Assembly: GCA_002245135.1 (NCBI GenBank)
Contig: NGBS01000028.1
Span: 1-48,125, forward strand
Length of the DNA: 48,125 bases
Reading direction: 5' to 3'
Source of the DNA: Proteromonas lacertae
Taxonomy: Eukaryota
In this document: piece by piece, positions 23,915 through 35,907 of the stretch
How the letters are laid out: each line of letters opens with the position of its first letter
How positions within the stretch are numbered: position 1 is the stretch's first letter
The notes under the pieces: model-generated
Database searches by the model: none
The model's input: the letters and a program-made list of their open reading frames with translations, nothing else
What the model was told of the DNA's origin: nothing
Program-made: the position numbers and the translations under genes

Positions 23915-25489
23915 ATGAAGATAACGCTATTACTATTTTTCTTATTGTTTGTTAGTGGTATATTTCTATATATAATATATATTTCTATAGTAAATTGTTA
24001 TTATTGCAGTTATGAAAATCCAATACTGTATGTTATTAAGGGAGTTTATACATCATCCTCACGATTAATTTGTGACTTTGAAGTTAAATCTATTCGTGTA
24101 GAAAAATACTTACCATACTCGTTATTGATCAATAGCAACGGGATAATATATGGAACACTCAATAATAGTTTAAGTGAGACATTCAATGCTGTTGTAATAA
24201 TAACAGAAAAAACCAATCATCGTGAAATGCGTGCTAGATTGATGATTAAGGAAATAAATCAATTAACATCTTGTACATATGATGTGAATATAAAGCAATT
24301 TATGATAAATTTCCCAAATTATATACGTCCACCATCATGTGATTCTGTTGTTACAAAATTCAGTGTAGTTGGATTACCATATGATATTAAAATCAACGAA
24401 GAAACTGGTGAAATACGAGGAACAGCAGAAAATGCAAAACCAGCTTTTAATCAATCTGCAATAATAAAAGCTGAAGGTATTCCTGGAGGTGGTAGTGTAA
24501 AAATTACTATTATATATAATATTATTGATCCATCATCAGATAATGCAAGTTATGGTATTGTTTCCAGATTTGCTTATGATCAGCCAGAATGGGATAATAA
24601 AATATATCCAATAATATATAATAATTTCGAAGACTCATACATTACTCATTATACAAACATTTTTAATGAAACAATATATAAATGCAATGCTGATAGTCCT
24701 TGTTTAATGATAGGAGGTAATGTAGAAAAAAAATATGGTAAATGGACTGCTTCCCTATATTTACCAGAACAAGGAGATTATATATTTAGATATAAAGCTG
24801 AAGATAATATAGTTCTATATTTGGACGATATGAATAAAAATATAGGTGAAGTATCTACAAGTAATACCTTAAAGAATTTTACTATAACAGTGCATAGAGC
24901 AGGATTTCATGCATTTAGCATGTTATCCTATTCGAGAAAAATAAATAGTAGCATTGAAGTCACAATGAAAATGCCAAGTTCAAAAATATTCAGACCACTA
25001 GGGTTTAAGGATTTAAGATATCCTTATCTTAAATATTACACATTTGGAAAAAGTATGCTAATAAAAAGTGGTGGTATAGTGAAGAAAACATTTGATTTTT
25101 TTGACGAAGTCGTAGGAAGGAAAGGTAGTAAAGTGAATGCAATTAGAATTTACAACACTGATAGTTGCATATTTGGAGTGTCTTTAGTATATGACAATTT
25201 TACAGAATTACCCAAAATTTCATATAGAGGGTTGATTGATTTAGTAGAATACAATTTATATGAAGAAGAATTAATCAAAATAATAACAACAGATATTAAT
25301 TATAATCCAGAAACAAAATGTTTCACTTATATTTCATTTTTAACGTCCAGAGGTAGATTGTTGGAGAGTAAAATAAAAACATATGATAAAAAATCTGAAA
25401 TAGTGTTGGATAAAAAAATTATAGCACTTTATGGTAATTTGAATGGTTATGATGTACTTAATGAAATTGGCTTTTACTATGAAGAATAA
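23915..25489 (+). CDS. Secreted Ig-like + PA14-like + C-terminal jacalin-like lectin protein, copy A
   Basis: Signal peptide, with a probable in-frame 33-nt intron at 23958-23990. Ig motif GLPYDIKINEETGEIRGT. PA14-like WTASLYLPEQGDYIFRYKAED. Jacalin-like GG..FDF..IRIY..ISFLTSRGR..IIALYG..LNEIGFY. Confidence 0.8.
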   Translation: MKITLLLFFLLFVSGIFLYIIYISIVNCYYCSYENPILYVIKGVYTSSSRLICDFEVKSIRVEKYLPYSLLINSNGIIYGTLNNSLSETFNAVVIITEKTNHREMRARLMIKEINQLTSCTYDVNIKQFMINFPNYIRPPSCDSVVTKFSVVGLPYDIKINEETGEIRGTAENAKPAFNQSAIIKAEGIPGGGSVKITIIYNIIDPSSDNASYGIVSRFAYDQPEWDNKIYPIIYNNFEDSYITHYTNIFNETIYKCNADSPCLMIGGNVEKKYGKWTASLYLPEQGDYIFRYKAEDNIVLYLDDMNKNIGEVSTSNTLKNFTITVHRAGFHAFSMLSYSRKINSSIEVTMKMPSSKIFRPLGFKDLRYPYLKYYTFGKSMLIKSGGIVKKTFDFFDEVVGRKGSKVNAIRIYNTDSCIFGVSLVYDNFTELPKISYRGLIDLVEYNLYEEELIKIITTDINYNPETKCFTYISFLTSRGRLLESKIKTYDKKSEIVLDKKIIALYGNLNGYDVLNEIGFYYEE

Positions 25490-25950
25490 TTGATATATTA
25501 TTATCTTCTTTTTATTTGTGTTGTATTATATTAAGAAAAAAATAACTCTCAGTTTTCATCGTTAATATCTTTTATATTTCTATGTTGCAAATTATAAATG
25601 TTCACGTCTGAAGATTAAAAGTAGATTATTTGTTGTACCAATTTGAAAGAATTTATTATTTTTATGCTGCTATGGTATTGTCATTTGGCTAACATTTTTT
25701 TTACTTCATAAAATCTAAATGTTTAAAAGCATCTTTGAAGTTGATGGATAAAATATTTAGGAATTATTCTTAGTGTTTATAAGGAATATTGTTAAGAAAC
25801 ATTTAAATCGCTTTTCAGATAATACAATTAGAAATAAACAATAGCATGAAAAAATGTTGATTTTACACTTATCAGTTAATTCCATATTATGTACTTCAAA
25901 GAAAAGAAATTAATAAAATAATATTTATCTAAGTCGGATTATAATCCTTA

Positions 25951-26388
25951 CAACTAGATGCTCTGCGGTTTTGTTCTTCCTCCTATTCGAACATAAATAC
26001 AATAACCTCCTAAAAATAAAACTCCTCCTCCAATTATACAACCAATTATTATTCCAATTAATGCACCAACTATACTTCCTGAACATTCATCGATTGGAGA
26101 TTGCCAGATTGCATTTCCATTTACATAAATACATCTTCTCATTATATAACCAGATCGACCTCCTCCACATTTTATTATAGCATTATCACCCACTAGAGTT
26201 TCTGGAAAACCACCATCAGCTAGACATTTCTTTGCTATAAATTCTAATGTGATTGTTACACTCGCTGATTTACCATTCATATCTATTACTGTTATTAAAT
26301 AATCTTGTGGTTCAACATCAACTACAGAAACTCCTTGTAAATAACCAGAGGAATAAATCATAAAACCATCTGGTAATGGTGGATTTAC
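25951..26388 (-). pseudogene. Orphan 3' cassette of the large surface protein gene (last Ig, Cys-rich, TM)
   Basis: Near-identical to 17540-17985. No signal peptide. A short deletion truncates the tail. Confidence 0.88.
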
Positions 26389-26699
26389 AAACATGTTTAA
26401 ATGAATACTTTGGTGATTTCTTACAAGATACATTTCACTTTCATTTAAGTCACTCTATTATAAATTTTGATTATACCTTATGTGGAGATGTACTTCTTCT
26501 TTTTGGAGGTATATTCCCATTATTTATAATATTAATAGTCTAAGTAGTCATATTAAATACATTCTTGAAGAATATATGCAAATTAACTCTTTCATTTAGA
26601 TCTTTCATAAAATTGCCTTTGTAAAAGCGTCAATACTAAACTTTCAAATACATTACGTTATTCTTCTGACAATCAATGAATTTCATTATTTCTATTTTC

Positions 26700-27060
26700 A
26701 CCTAAAACAGAAGCGCATAACGCATATGTAGTACCTAAACTATTTTGATTAATGCAAAATATTATACTACCACATGGCAAATGTTGAGATTGAGACCATC
26801 TTAATAGAACTATAACTTGGGAAATCATTTTGATAATCAACTATGATTCAATCTTTTCAGGATAATTGCATCATTTAATCTTCACCACAATTTGTCATAT
26901 GACCTTCAAATGATAACAGTGAATAACTATCTTGACAAGAATCATTCAAGGTGAAACTGATTGTAGCTCATGAACTACTTTCACCTTCTCTTCTGTAAAC
27001 TGTAAGTCTTGCTTCTTTATTTCTCTCAACTCCAGCTAATGCATAACCAAGATAGAACAA
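26700..27060 (-). pseudogene. Heavily decayed coding remnant, possibly another surface-protein family member (mirror copy 34337-34697 +)
   Basis: Reads LFYLGYALAGVERNKEARLTVYRREG..TISFTLNDSCQDSYSLLSF with several stops. Confidence 0.35.
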
Positions 27061-27591
27061 ATCACGAAGGATGAAATATCAAATTTGTAGATTATTATGG
27101 TGAAACAAATAAGATTTTAGCAATTCAATTTTTATAAAACATGTGCTTTTGAAATCCTTACACAAAATAGCCGAAAAATGGATTAAAATGCATCTGAATA
27201 TTCAGTCTACAATAGAGCGACAAAAATAAGCATAATATTTTACAACATTTATCAAAAGTAAATTCTTTGTGAAGTTCAATTTTTATATTGTTTATAAAAA
27301 ATATATACTATGAATTTCATATGCATCAAGATGAGTCTTACAAATAGGACATGAATGAATGAAACTTTAAAATACTCTATTTTTAGTTCAATTATAAACA
27401 CAACTTATATACTCTATACAAAACAAATAACCACAATTTGTTGAAGTTAGTTCTTTTATCTTATTTAAGTAAATAGGATATTTCATTATATCCAATATTA
27501 AATCAACTGTATGTTTATTTAATTGACTAAAATGTGTAATAAGTTAAAATATACTATGCTTCACTACTTGGTGATTTATCTAAAATATCTC

Positions 27592-27600
<9 letters not shown>

Positions 27601-27648
<48 letters not shown>
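27601..27648 (+). repeat. (CT)24 microsatellite
   Basis: Read directly. The mirror copy at 33753-33796 is (AG)22. Confidence 0.95.
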
Positions 27649-27651
<3 letters not shown>

Positions 27652-27867
27652 TATCATTTTCACAATCAACAACACTTCTACACACTCCACATCAATAATA
27701 TGTTATATATGTTTATTAATACTAATTATTTCATCTAATTTTTGTTCCATTCTTCTTACTTTTGAAGTTTTGGACAAAAAATGAAAATGAAATCTAACAA
27801 GATCTGAGTCAAGTATATACTAAATTCCTATTTAAATTATTATTTGATAAAACTAAAGAATAGAGAT

Positions 27868-28254
27868 ATGGAGTTGCTTACCAAATTAAAGAAAGAGATA
27901 GAAGATGCAATGATTGAGAAGGTATAGCTATTTGATAGTAAAATTTTAGAACGACAACCTACTTCATGCTTTAGTTTATCAGTTGATGAATATTTCAGTA
28001 ACAGAAGATATGTTGAAGGTATTAATATATTTTTAATGGTGTTATTAGAAGAGTGAGTTAGGAGAGTTTATAAAAGAGAGTATAATAGAGTCAAAAGAAG
28101 CATTTATAAGAGAACACTATTGTTTAGTAAGATTATATAGAGATTTAATCGATAAATGGGTAAAAGATATGAAAAGTGAGTCAGCTTTTTCAATTTGTTT
28201 ATCAAAAGTTGGAAGAAAAGAATTGAAAAATGAAACAACAGTTGATTTAGAATA
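27868..28254 (+). pseudogene. Truncated duplicate of the 5' exons (TFIIS-N-like) of the gene starting at 33533
   Basis: Mirror of 33147-33533, cut at the inner breakpoint of the duplication. Confidence 0.75.
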
Positions 28255-29200
28255 CAATTCAAGTCATAGTGATAATCATGATAAAAATCAAAAAGTCGTG
28301 ATAATGAAGAAGTTGTAATAAATAATACTCATAAATACAATTATTAAACAGAATATGAAAATAATAATAATAATGAAAGAAGAAATGATAGTAAAGAGAA
28401 AAGATCTAAAAAAAAGATGTGTTAGAGTTGGTCATAGATTCAATTCATTGGTATCTACATTCAAAGATGAAGACTATATTTATCTAACAAAAGAAGATCT
28501 TGAAAAACTAAAGAAATTCTTTACCAATTAACAATTCATTAATAATAATAATAACATACAACATCTCCTAATCATACTAAATTATCTAATGTTTGTTTTA
28601 TTATTCTACTTCTTTAATTAGACCCATTTCCATTAATTAGAAAATACATCTGAACCAATTGAAAACACAATTGATGAAGATTGCGCTCTTCAAACTCAAT
28701 CATCAAGTGAAGATTTATTAAGCGTTAGATAATTGCTATATTTTAAACCAAAAATAGTAAGAACTATTTCTCAAGCAGAAGAAGAAAGAAAGAAAGATGA
28801 TAATGATTAGATATTTAGAGAAAGTAAAGATTTATACAGGTGTATCAGATGATAGTAAAGGGAGAGTGCAGGAAATGATTGTAAAAGAAGAGATCAAACC
28901 CTATTCATTCACAACTTGCAGTTTCATATTATTATAATAAAATAGTTTAGGTGATAAAATAAAGATGCTTGTTATTATATCAACAAGAATATAGATACAA
29001 TTACATTACTGGTAGAAAAAATACAAATATTTATTGTTCAAATGATTTTGGATGTTTATGAATAATGAAAGTGTAGTAAACATTTTGATAAATTTCAAAA
29101 AGAGAAGAGGATAATAAGAACAGATTGTAAAAGTGAAAGAAGAAGTAAACAACTAATAATATTTATAATTCTAATAACAATAAAAAATAAATATTTCAAG

Positions 29201-30691
29201 CTGAGTTACAGAAAGGGTGCTGTGTCCCTCCTTCTGTCCTTTTTGCTCTCGTCTCGCCTGTACGGAAATCGAACCTATTTTTTTCAGATAACACGCAAGG
29301 TCCTTTTATGTCCCTTTTTTCAAAATCAGTTTTTTATAAATATATATTAAACTGTTATTTCACAAAACTACATATGCATTTTTTCTATTGATTAGAATTA
29401 TTTGTAATGGTTATCTATTTAACTTATCTAAATTATGCATTTATATACAAATTACATAATTTGATGAATAGCATTACTTTAAAAGACACAAATGAAATTA
29501 TAAATATAATTGAATGAATTAATGTATATCAACTTACTTAAATATAGCTACAGTCTAACTTTCATAATTTCATTGTATTACAAAGAAATAATGTTAAATA
29601 CATACAAGTATACAAATTAAATATTAACATTACCTATATATAAAGTGAAAATACTTCTTATAACATGAAATACGAAACTTTGAAATATATTCAAGCTTGA
29701 TTTCTTTCAAGCTTTGGTATTTTCAATTTCTGATAAAAGAGTTATAACGAAGGTAATTGTTGTTATAGCAAAATGAATAATTCATAGAGAGACTAGATTG
29801 CATAACGGAATAGAATGTAAGAGAATCAAAGTCAATACAGCAAATCATATGAAAGAATTGAAGGCTTACACTAGAATGTATATATTTATTGCTATTATGT
29901 GATTATTAGTTGTTAAAACACAAGATTCAAACAGTCTACTCTTTTATTATCAAGTTTTGATGAAAGAAGTATTAATAATATGCTAATCAATTTAATTGAT
30001 GAAAATAATTACTTATTCAGAATTATTATAAACAATATCTTAAGTGAAATTGAAGAAATCATAAATCCTTCAACAAAAATCCATGTTAATGCAATAATGA
30101 AAGAATAATAAAATGAAGATGGATATATAATTAGTAGAATATACAAATGACAAAATAAGCTTCATGTTAAATGTTTAAAACAATCATTTCTAATGAAAAT
30201 ATAATAAATATTAGTCAGTCTTTTTATATAATATTACAAGCAAAAGTTCCTCAAATATAATAGAATACTAAAAGAGAAAAGGATAATAGAGTATGAAGAA
30301 GCAGATGAAACAGATTGTAATAGTGAAGAAGAAGTAAACGATTATGATAAGTGTATTGATAATTATTAAAACAATACAAATATTATTCATGTTTCTGAAG
30401 ATATTGATAGTTTATAAAGTGTTATTTTGAACTTTTATAGTAGTGATAGTAAAGATAAAGAATGTAACATATTGAATAATCCTTTTTATTAATAAGTTTA
30501 CTTTTATTTCTACCAAATTCAATAAAGCAAATATAATCTCAATGAAGATTATATAAGAAATATAAATAAAATGAAAAGGACAAATTTTATCCTTTTTCTT
30601 TTATTATTTTATACTGAGTTACAGAAAGGACGTCCTTTCCATACTGTGTCCCTCCTTCTGTCCTGTCCTGTCCTTGTTCTTTGTAACTCAG
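29201..30691 (+). mobile_element. DNA transposon copy 2 (1491 bp) with decayed, possibly hAT-like ORF
   Basis: Ends are CTGAGTTAC and GTAACTCAG. Shares CTCTCGTCTCGCCTGTACGGAAATCGAAC, AAACTTTGAAAT..CAAGCTTGATTTCT and an acidic ORF tail with copy 1. Remnant INNMLINLIDENNYLFRIIINN..IINPSTKI near 29970-30080. No TSD found. Confidence 0.85.
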
Positions 30692-30791
30692 CTCTTAATA
30701 ATTAAAAATACATAAATATATAATTATATTCACTATTTTTATTTTTATTTTACTGAATTTGATTGAAAGAATAGTAAAATAATCAATTATT

Positions 30792-30835
30792 TAGAGTTAC
30801 AGAAAGAACATCCTTCTTGTACTGTGTCCCCTCAG
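30792..30835 (+). mobile_element. Deleted miniature terminal unit of the same family
   Basis: Sequence TAGAGTTACAGAAAGAACATCCTTCTTGTACTGTGTCCCCTCAG matches the family ends. Confidence 0.7.
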
Positions 30836-30873
30836 AATGAAACAAAGAGTAAAAATAATTATATATTACTTAT

Positions 30874-31926
30874 TTATTCAACTTTCTTTTTCTTCAAAAC
30901 TACATCATCTTCACTAACAACTTCAACTTCTTTTCTTTCTCTCTATTTCATTATATTTATAATATAATTATACATATTTTTTGCATACATCACAAATAAA
31001 AGATATATTTCTATTATTCTTTAATATATTTTTATCAATTCCACAACAACTGTAATGATATTCTATAATTTTAGTTTTAAATCTATTTTTATACGTAAAC
31101 AACAGTTATTACAATGTATATATTTTTTCATTTCATCACCATCTTTTCTGTATTGAAAACATTTACAACATCCTATTTTCGATTCAACTAGAATCTCTTT
31201 TCTTTCTTCCTTTTTACATCCACTGGCATACTAATATATATATATATATATATTTAATAATATAACACATAAGCTTGTCTATATGCTTCATTAAGATTTT
31301 CATCTTTTATAATACTCTCCATATTTTTGTAATTTGTTATATTGTTAAATAGACTTAGCTGAGATGAATCTGTAATAATACTGATAATAATTATAATACA
31401 AAATATACAAAGCATGTTTATCATCTTCATCATTAAAACATCTTATCACTATCTTATCTTCACTTTTATTATTCTCAAACTCTCTTTTTATTTCTTCTGG
31501 AATATCTTTTATATCCATTATTAAGCAAGGCCATATTAACTTTTCATACCATACAACTGCATATAATCTATCTTTATATGTATCTTTTGTCATGGAAACT
31601 TCTTTATCACTATTACTTGATTCATCTAATAGATCATTTTCATTCTTTCTTTTTCTTTTTCTATCAACTGATTCTCTATCTTCCACTATTCTCAATGAAT
31701 CATCATCATTTATCTCTCCAGCTGTTTCTATCAATCTATCAAATTTATCTTGATTTTTTCTATCTAGACGTTCACGTGGTATAATAAGACATGGAACAGC
31801 TTTAGGAATACACCAAACTATGTTATAGAATCTAAACTATCAAATATTAACACTATACTTTATGTACGATGCTAACTCACATAATTTATTTGGTAATGTT
31901 GAGGATAATCTCTTATGAAAATCCAT
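30874..31926 (-). CDS. PWWP + PHD-finger chromatin reader, multi-exon
   Basis: ATG at 31926. PWWP-like segments YNIVWCIPKAVPCLII and YAVVWYEKLIWPCLI. Spliced PHD CCKC..YIHCNNCCLQYHYSCCG..FICDVCKK. Stop at 30874. Confidence 0.75.
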
Positions 31927-32217
31927 CTATAGCTCAAAATCAATCAAAATATTAAAAAATAACGAATAAATACAAGCTTTTGGTTTGAAATAACAATTTT
32001 TTAATTTTTTTCTTTACCTAATAATAGAATTTGTAGAGCATAACAAGTATGTTATATGTTTGCTATATAAAAAGCAGTTGATGAAGTATCTGTTAGAAGT
32101 GTAATTAGTGATGAGAATGAGTTTTTGGTGTTAAAATAAATAGTAATAGATTATGAGACATATAAAGTGGATAAGTGATTGTGAAGGTAATTGAAGAAAA
32201 AGAAGAATGAAACTCCT

Positions 32218-33533
32218 TCAAAACCTTAGAAAATGATTACACTCAGGTATTTTGGATAAATCAACTCCTTTCTGTTTTGACGTAATTCTAATACTCTTTT
32301 CCTAATAGCTTTTTCTAAAACATCACTTAAGCGACAGGTTGGCAATTTTGAAGCATCTAGTGGACTAGTAGTATCGATAGGAGAACCTATTTATAAATAT
32401 AAATAATAAAACTATATACTTATTTTAATTTCATCATATAACCTCAACAAACACTTTGGGCAACAATATAAACTATCTCTATTATTAAACAAAGCACATA
32501 TAATATGGTACCACTTATTACAAAACTCACACAATACCCAACCCTCTTCAACTACATCTTCATTCTTTATATTTTTTAAATTTGCTTTATGATACTTCTC
32601 ATCACCCACTTTAATCTCTTCTCCAAACTTAGTATAACAGGACTTGCATAGATTAACTTTATTCCCACCATCAGCATAATAATTCGCTTTTTTCTTTATT
32701 TCTTCACCGCAAATATTACAAAATAATTTATCTGATTCTAATAACAACTTACTACCTTTACACATTGGACTTTAAATTGTTATTTAAATTTTGTTAAAAA
32801 TTGTTTAGCAACTTGGCGATAAAATGTACTTTCAGGATTAAAAGTCATACAGCTAGTATAACACAATTCAACATCCCTATATAACTCCTCAAAGGTATAT
32901 CTTTGAATATTTTATTTACTGTTTCCACATCCATTGGATGGGTATTATACAATTTTATATCTACAGTCTCTTCATTACAACTATTGATATAATCATTTAA
33001 TTCATCTTTTTTTAGCATATTCAAAATACAGGAACTTCTAAGAGGAATTTGTGTTCTTCGAGCTGATCTAAGGTTTAATAATGTCATTACATCATCAATT
33101 AACTTTGCTATAATTATCATAATGGAGAAGTATTTTTCGACAATTATATTCTAAATCAACTGTTGTTTCATTTTTCAATTCTTTTCTTCCAACTTTTGAT
33201 AAACAAATTGAAAAAGCTGACTCACTTTTCATATCTTTTACCCATTTATCGATTAAATCTCTATATAATCTTACTAAACAATAGTGTTCTCTTATAAATG
33301 CTTCTTTTGACTCTATTATACTCTCTTTTATAAACTCTCCTAACTCACTCTTCTAATAACACCATTAAAAATATATTAATACCTTCAACATATCTTCTGT
33401 TACTGAAATATTCATCAACTGATAAACTAAAGCATGAAGTAGGTTGTCGTTCTAAAATTTTACTATCAAATAGCTATACCTTCTCAATCATTGCATCTTC
33501 TATCTCTTTCTTTAATTTGGTAAGCAACTCCAT
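32218..33533 (-). pseudogene. Decayed/truncated CBP/p300-like gene: TFIIS-N-like domain, degenerate bromodomain, RING+PHD, start of HAT domain only
   Basis: Bromo-like HPMDVETV..MTFNPESTFYRQVAKQF, then FCNICGEEIKKKANYY..EEGWVLCEFCNKWYHIICALFN and ASKLPTCRLSDVLE. Several frameshifts and a stop before the catalytic core. Confidence 0.7.
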
Positions 33534-33749
33534 ATCTCTATTCTTTAGTTTTATCAAATAATAATTTAAATAGGAATTTAGTATATACTTGACTCAGATC
33601 TTGTTAGATTTCATTTTCATTTTTTGTCCAAAACTTCAAAAGTAAGAAGAATGGAACAAAAATTAGATGAAATAATTAGTATTAATAAACATATATAACA
33701 TATTATTGATGTGGAGTGTGTAGAAGTGTTGTTGATTGTGAAAATGATA

Positions 33750-33752
<3 letters not shown>

Positions 33753-33796
<44 letters not shown>
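33753..33796 (+). repeat. (AG)22 microsatellite
   Basis: Read directly. Confidence 0.95.
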
Positions 33797-33805
<9 letters not shown>

Positions 33806-35008
33806 GAGATATTTTAGATAAATCACCAAGTAGTGAAGCATAGTATATTTTAACTTATTACACATTTTAGTCAATTAAATAAACATACAGTTGATTTAAT
33901 ATTGGATATAATGAAATATCCTATTTACTTAAATAAGATAAAAGAACTAACTTCAACAAATTGTGGTTATTTGTTTTGTATAGAGTATATAAGTTGTGTT
34001 TATAATTGAACTAAAAATAGAGTATTTTAAAGTTTCATTCATTCATGTCCTATTTGTAAGACTCATCTTGATGCATATGAAATTCATAGTATATATTTTT
34101 TATAAACAATATAAAAATTGAACTTCACAAAGAATTTACTTTTGATAAATGTTGTAAAATATTATGCTTATTTTTGTCGCTCTATTGTAGACTGAATATT
34201 CAGATGCATTTTAATCCATTTTTCGGCTATTTTGTGTAAGGATTTCAAAAGCACATGTTTTATAAAAATTGAATTGCTAAAATCTTATTTGTTTCACCAT
34301 AATAATCTACAAATTTGATATTTCATCCTTCGTGATTTGTTCTATCTTGGTTATGCATTAGCTGGAGTTGAGAGAAATAAAGAAGCAAGACTTACAGTTT
34401 ACAGAAGAGAAGGTGAAAGTAGTTCATGAGCTACAATCAGTTTCACCTTGAATGATTCTTGTCAAGATAGTTATTCACTGTTATCATTTGAAGGTCATAT
34501 GACAAATTGTGGTGAAGATTAAATGATGCAATTATCCTGAAAAGATTGAATCATAGTTGATTATCAAAATGATTTCCCAAGTTATAGTTCTATTAAGATG
34601 GTCTCAATCTCAACATTTGCCATGTGGTAGTATAATATTTTGCATTAATCAAAATAGTTTAGGTACTACATATGCGTTATGCGCTTCTGTTTTAGGTGAA
34701 AATAGAAATAATGAAATTCATTGATTGTCAGAAGAATAACGTAATGTATTTGAAAGTTTAGTATTGACGCTTTTACAAAGGCAATTTTATGAAAGATCTA
34801 AATGAAAGAGTTAATTTGCATATATTCTTCAAGAATGTATTTAATATGACTACTTAGACTATTAATATTATAAATAATGGGAATATACCTCCAAAAAGAA
34901 GAAGTACATCTCCACATAAGGTATAATCAAAATTTATAATAGAGTGACTTAAATGAAAGTGAAATGTATCTTGTAAGAAATCACCAAAGTATTCATTTAA
35001 ACATGTTT

Positions 35009-35446
35009 GTAAATCCACCATTACCAGATGGTTTTATGATTTATTCCTCTGGTTATTTACAAGGAGTTTCTGTAGTTGATGTTGAACCACAAGATTATTT
35101 AATAACAGTAATAGATATGAATGGTAAATCAGCGAGTGTAACAATCACATTAGAATTTATAGCAAAGAAATGTCTAGCTGATGGTGGTTTTCCAGAAACT
35201 CTAGTGGGTGATAATGCTATAATAAAATGTGGAGGAGGTCGATCTGGTTATATAATGAGAAGATGTATTTATGTAAATGGAAATGCAATCTGGCAATCTC
35301 CAATCGATGAATGTTCAGGAAGTATAGTTGGTGCATTAATTGGAATAATAATTGGTTGTATAATTGGAGGAGGAGTTTTATTTTTAGGAGGTTATTGTAT
35401 TTATGTTCGAATAGGAGGAAGAACAAAACCGCAGAGCATCTAGTTG
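35009..35446 (+). pseudogene. Orphan 3' cassette of the large surface protein gene (mirror copy)
   Basis: Same translation as 25951-26388. Confidence 0.88.
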
Positions 35447-35907
35447 TAAGGATTATAATCCGACTTAGATAAATATTATTTTATTAATTTCTTTTCTTTG
35501 AAGTACATAATATGGAATTAACTGATAAGTGTAAAATCAACATTTTTTCATGCTATTGTTTATTTCTAATTGTATTATCTGAAAAGCGATTTAAATGTTT
35601 CTTAACAATATTCCTTATAAACACTAAGAATAATTCCTAAATATTTTATCCATCAACTTCAAAGATGCTTTTAAACATTTAGATTTTATGAAGTAAAAAA
35701 AATGTTAGCCAAATGACAATACCATAGCAGCATAAAAATAATAAATTCTTTCAAATTGGTACAACAAATAATCTACTTTTAATCTTCAGACGTGAACATT
35801 TATAATTTGCAACATAGAAATATAAAAGATATTAACGATGAAAACTGAGAGTTATTTTTTTCTTAATATAATACAACACAAATAAAAAGAAGATAATAAT
35901 ATATCAA

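Larger units (their letters stand above)
17375..28254. repeat. Left arm of ~10.9-kb inverted duplication
   Basis: Reverse complement of 33147-44018. Mirrored ORF coordinates sum to 61397-61401. Confidence 0.97.

Noticed and set aside
29189..30703. TSD around transposon copy 2
   Set aside because: The flanks AAATATTTCAAG and CTCTTAATAATT do not match. The 12-bp TSD claim rests on copy 1 only.
33617..33874. 85-aa ORF with an SLSLSL run
   Set aside because: It is the translation of a microsatellite. The mirror copy has a different repeat length, which shifts the frame.
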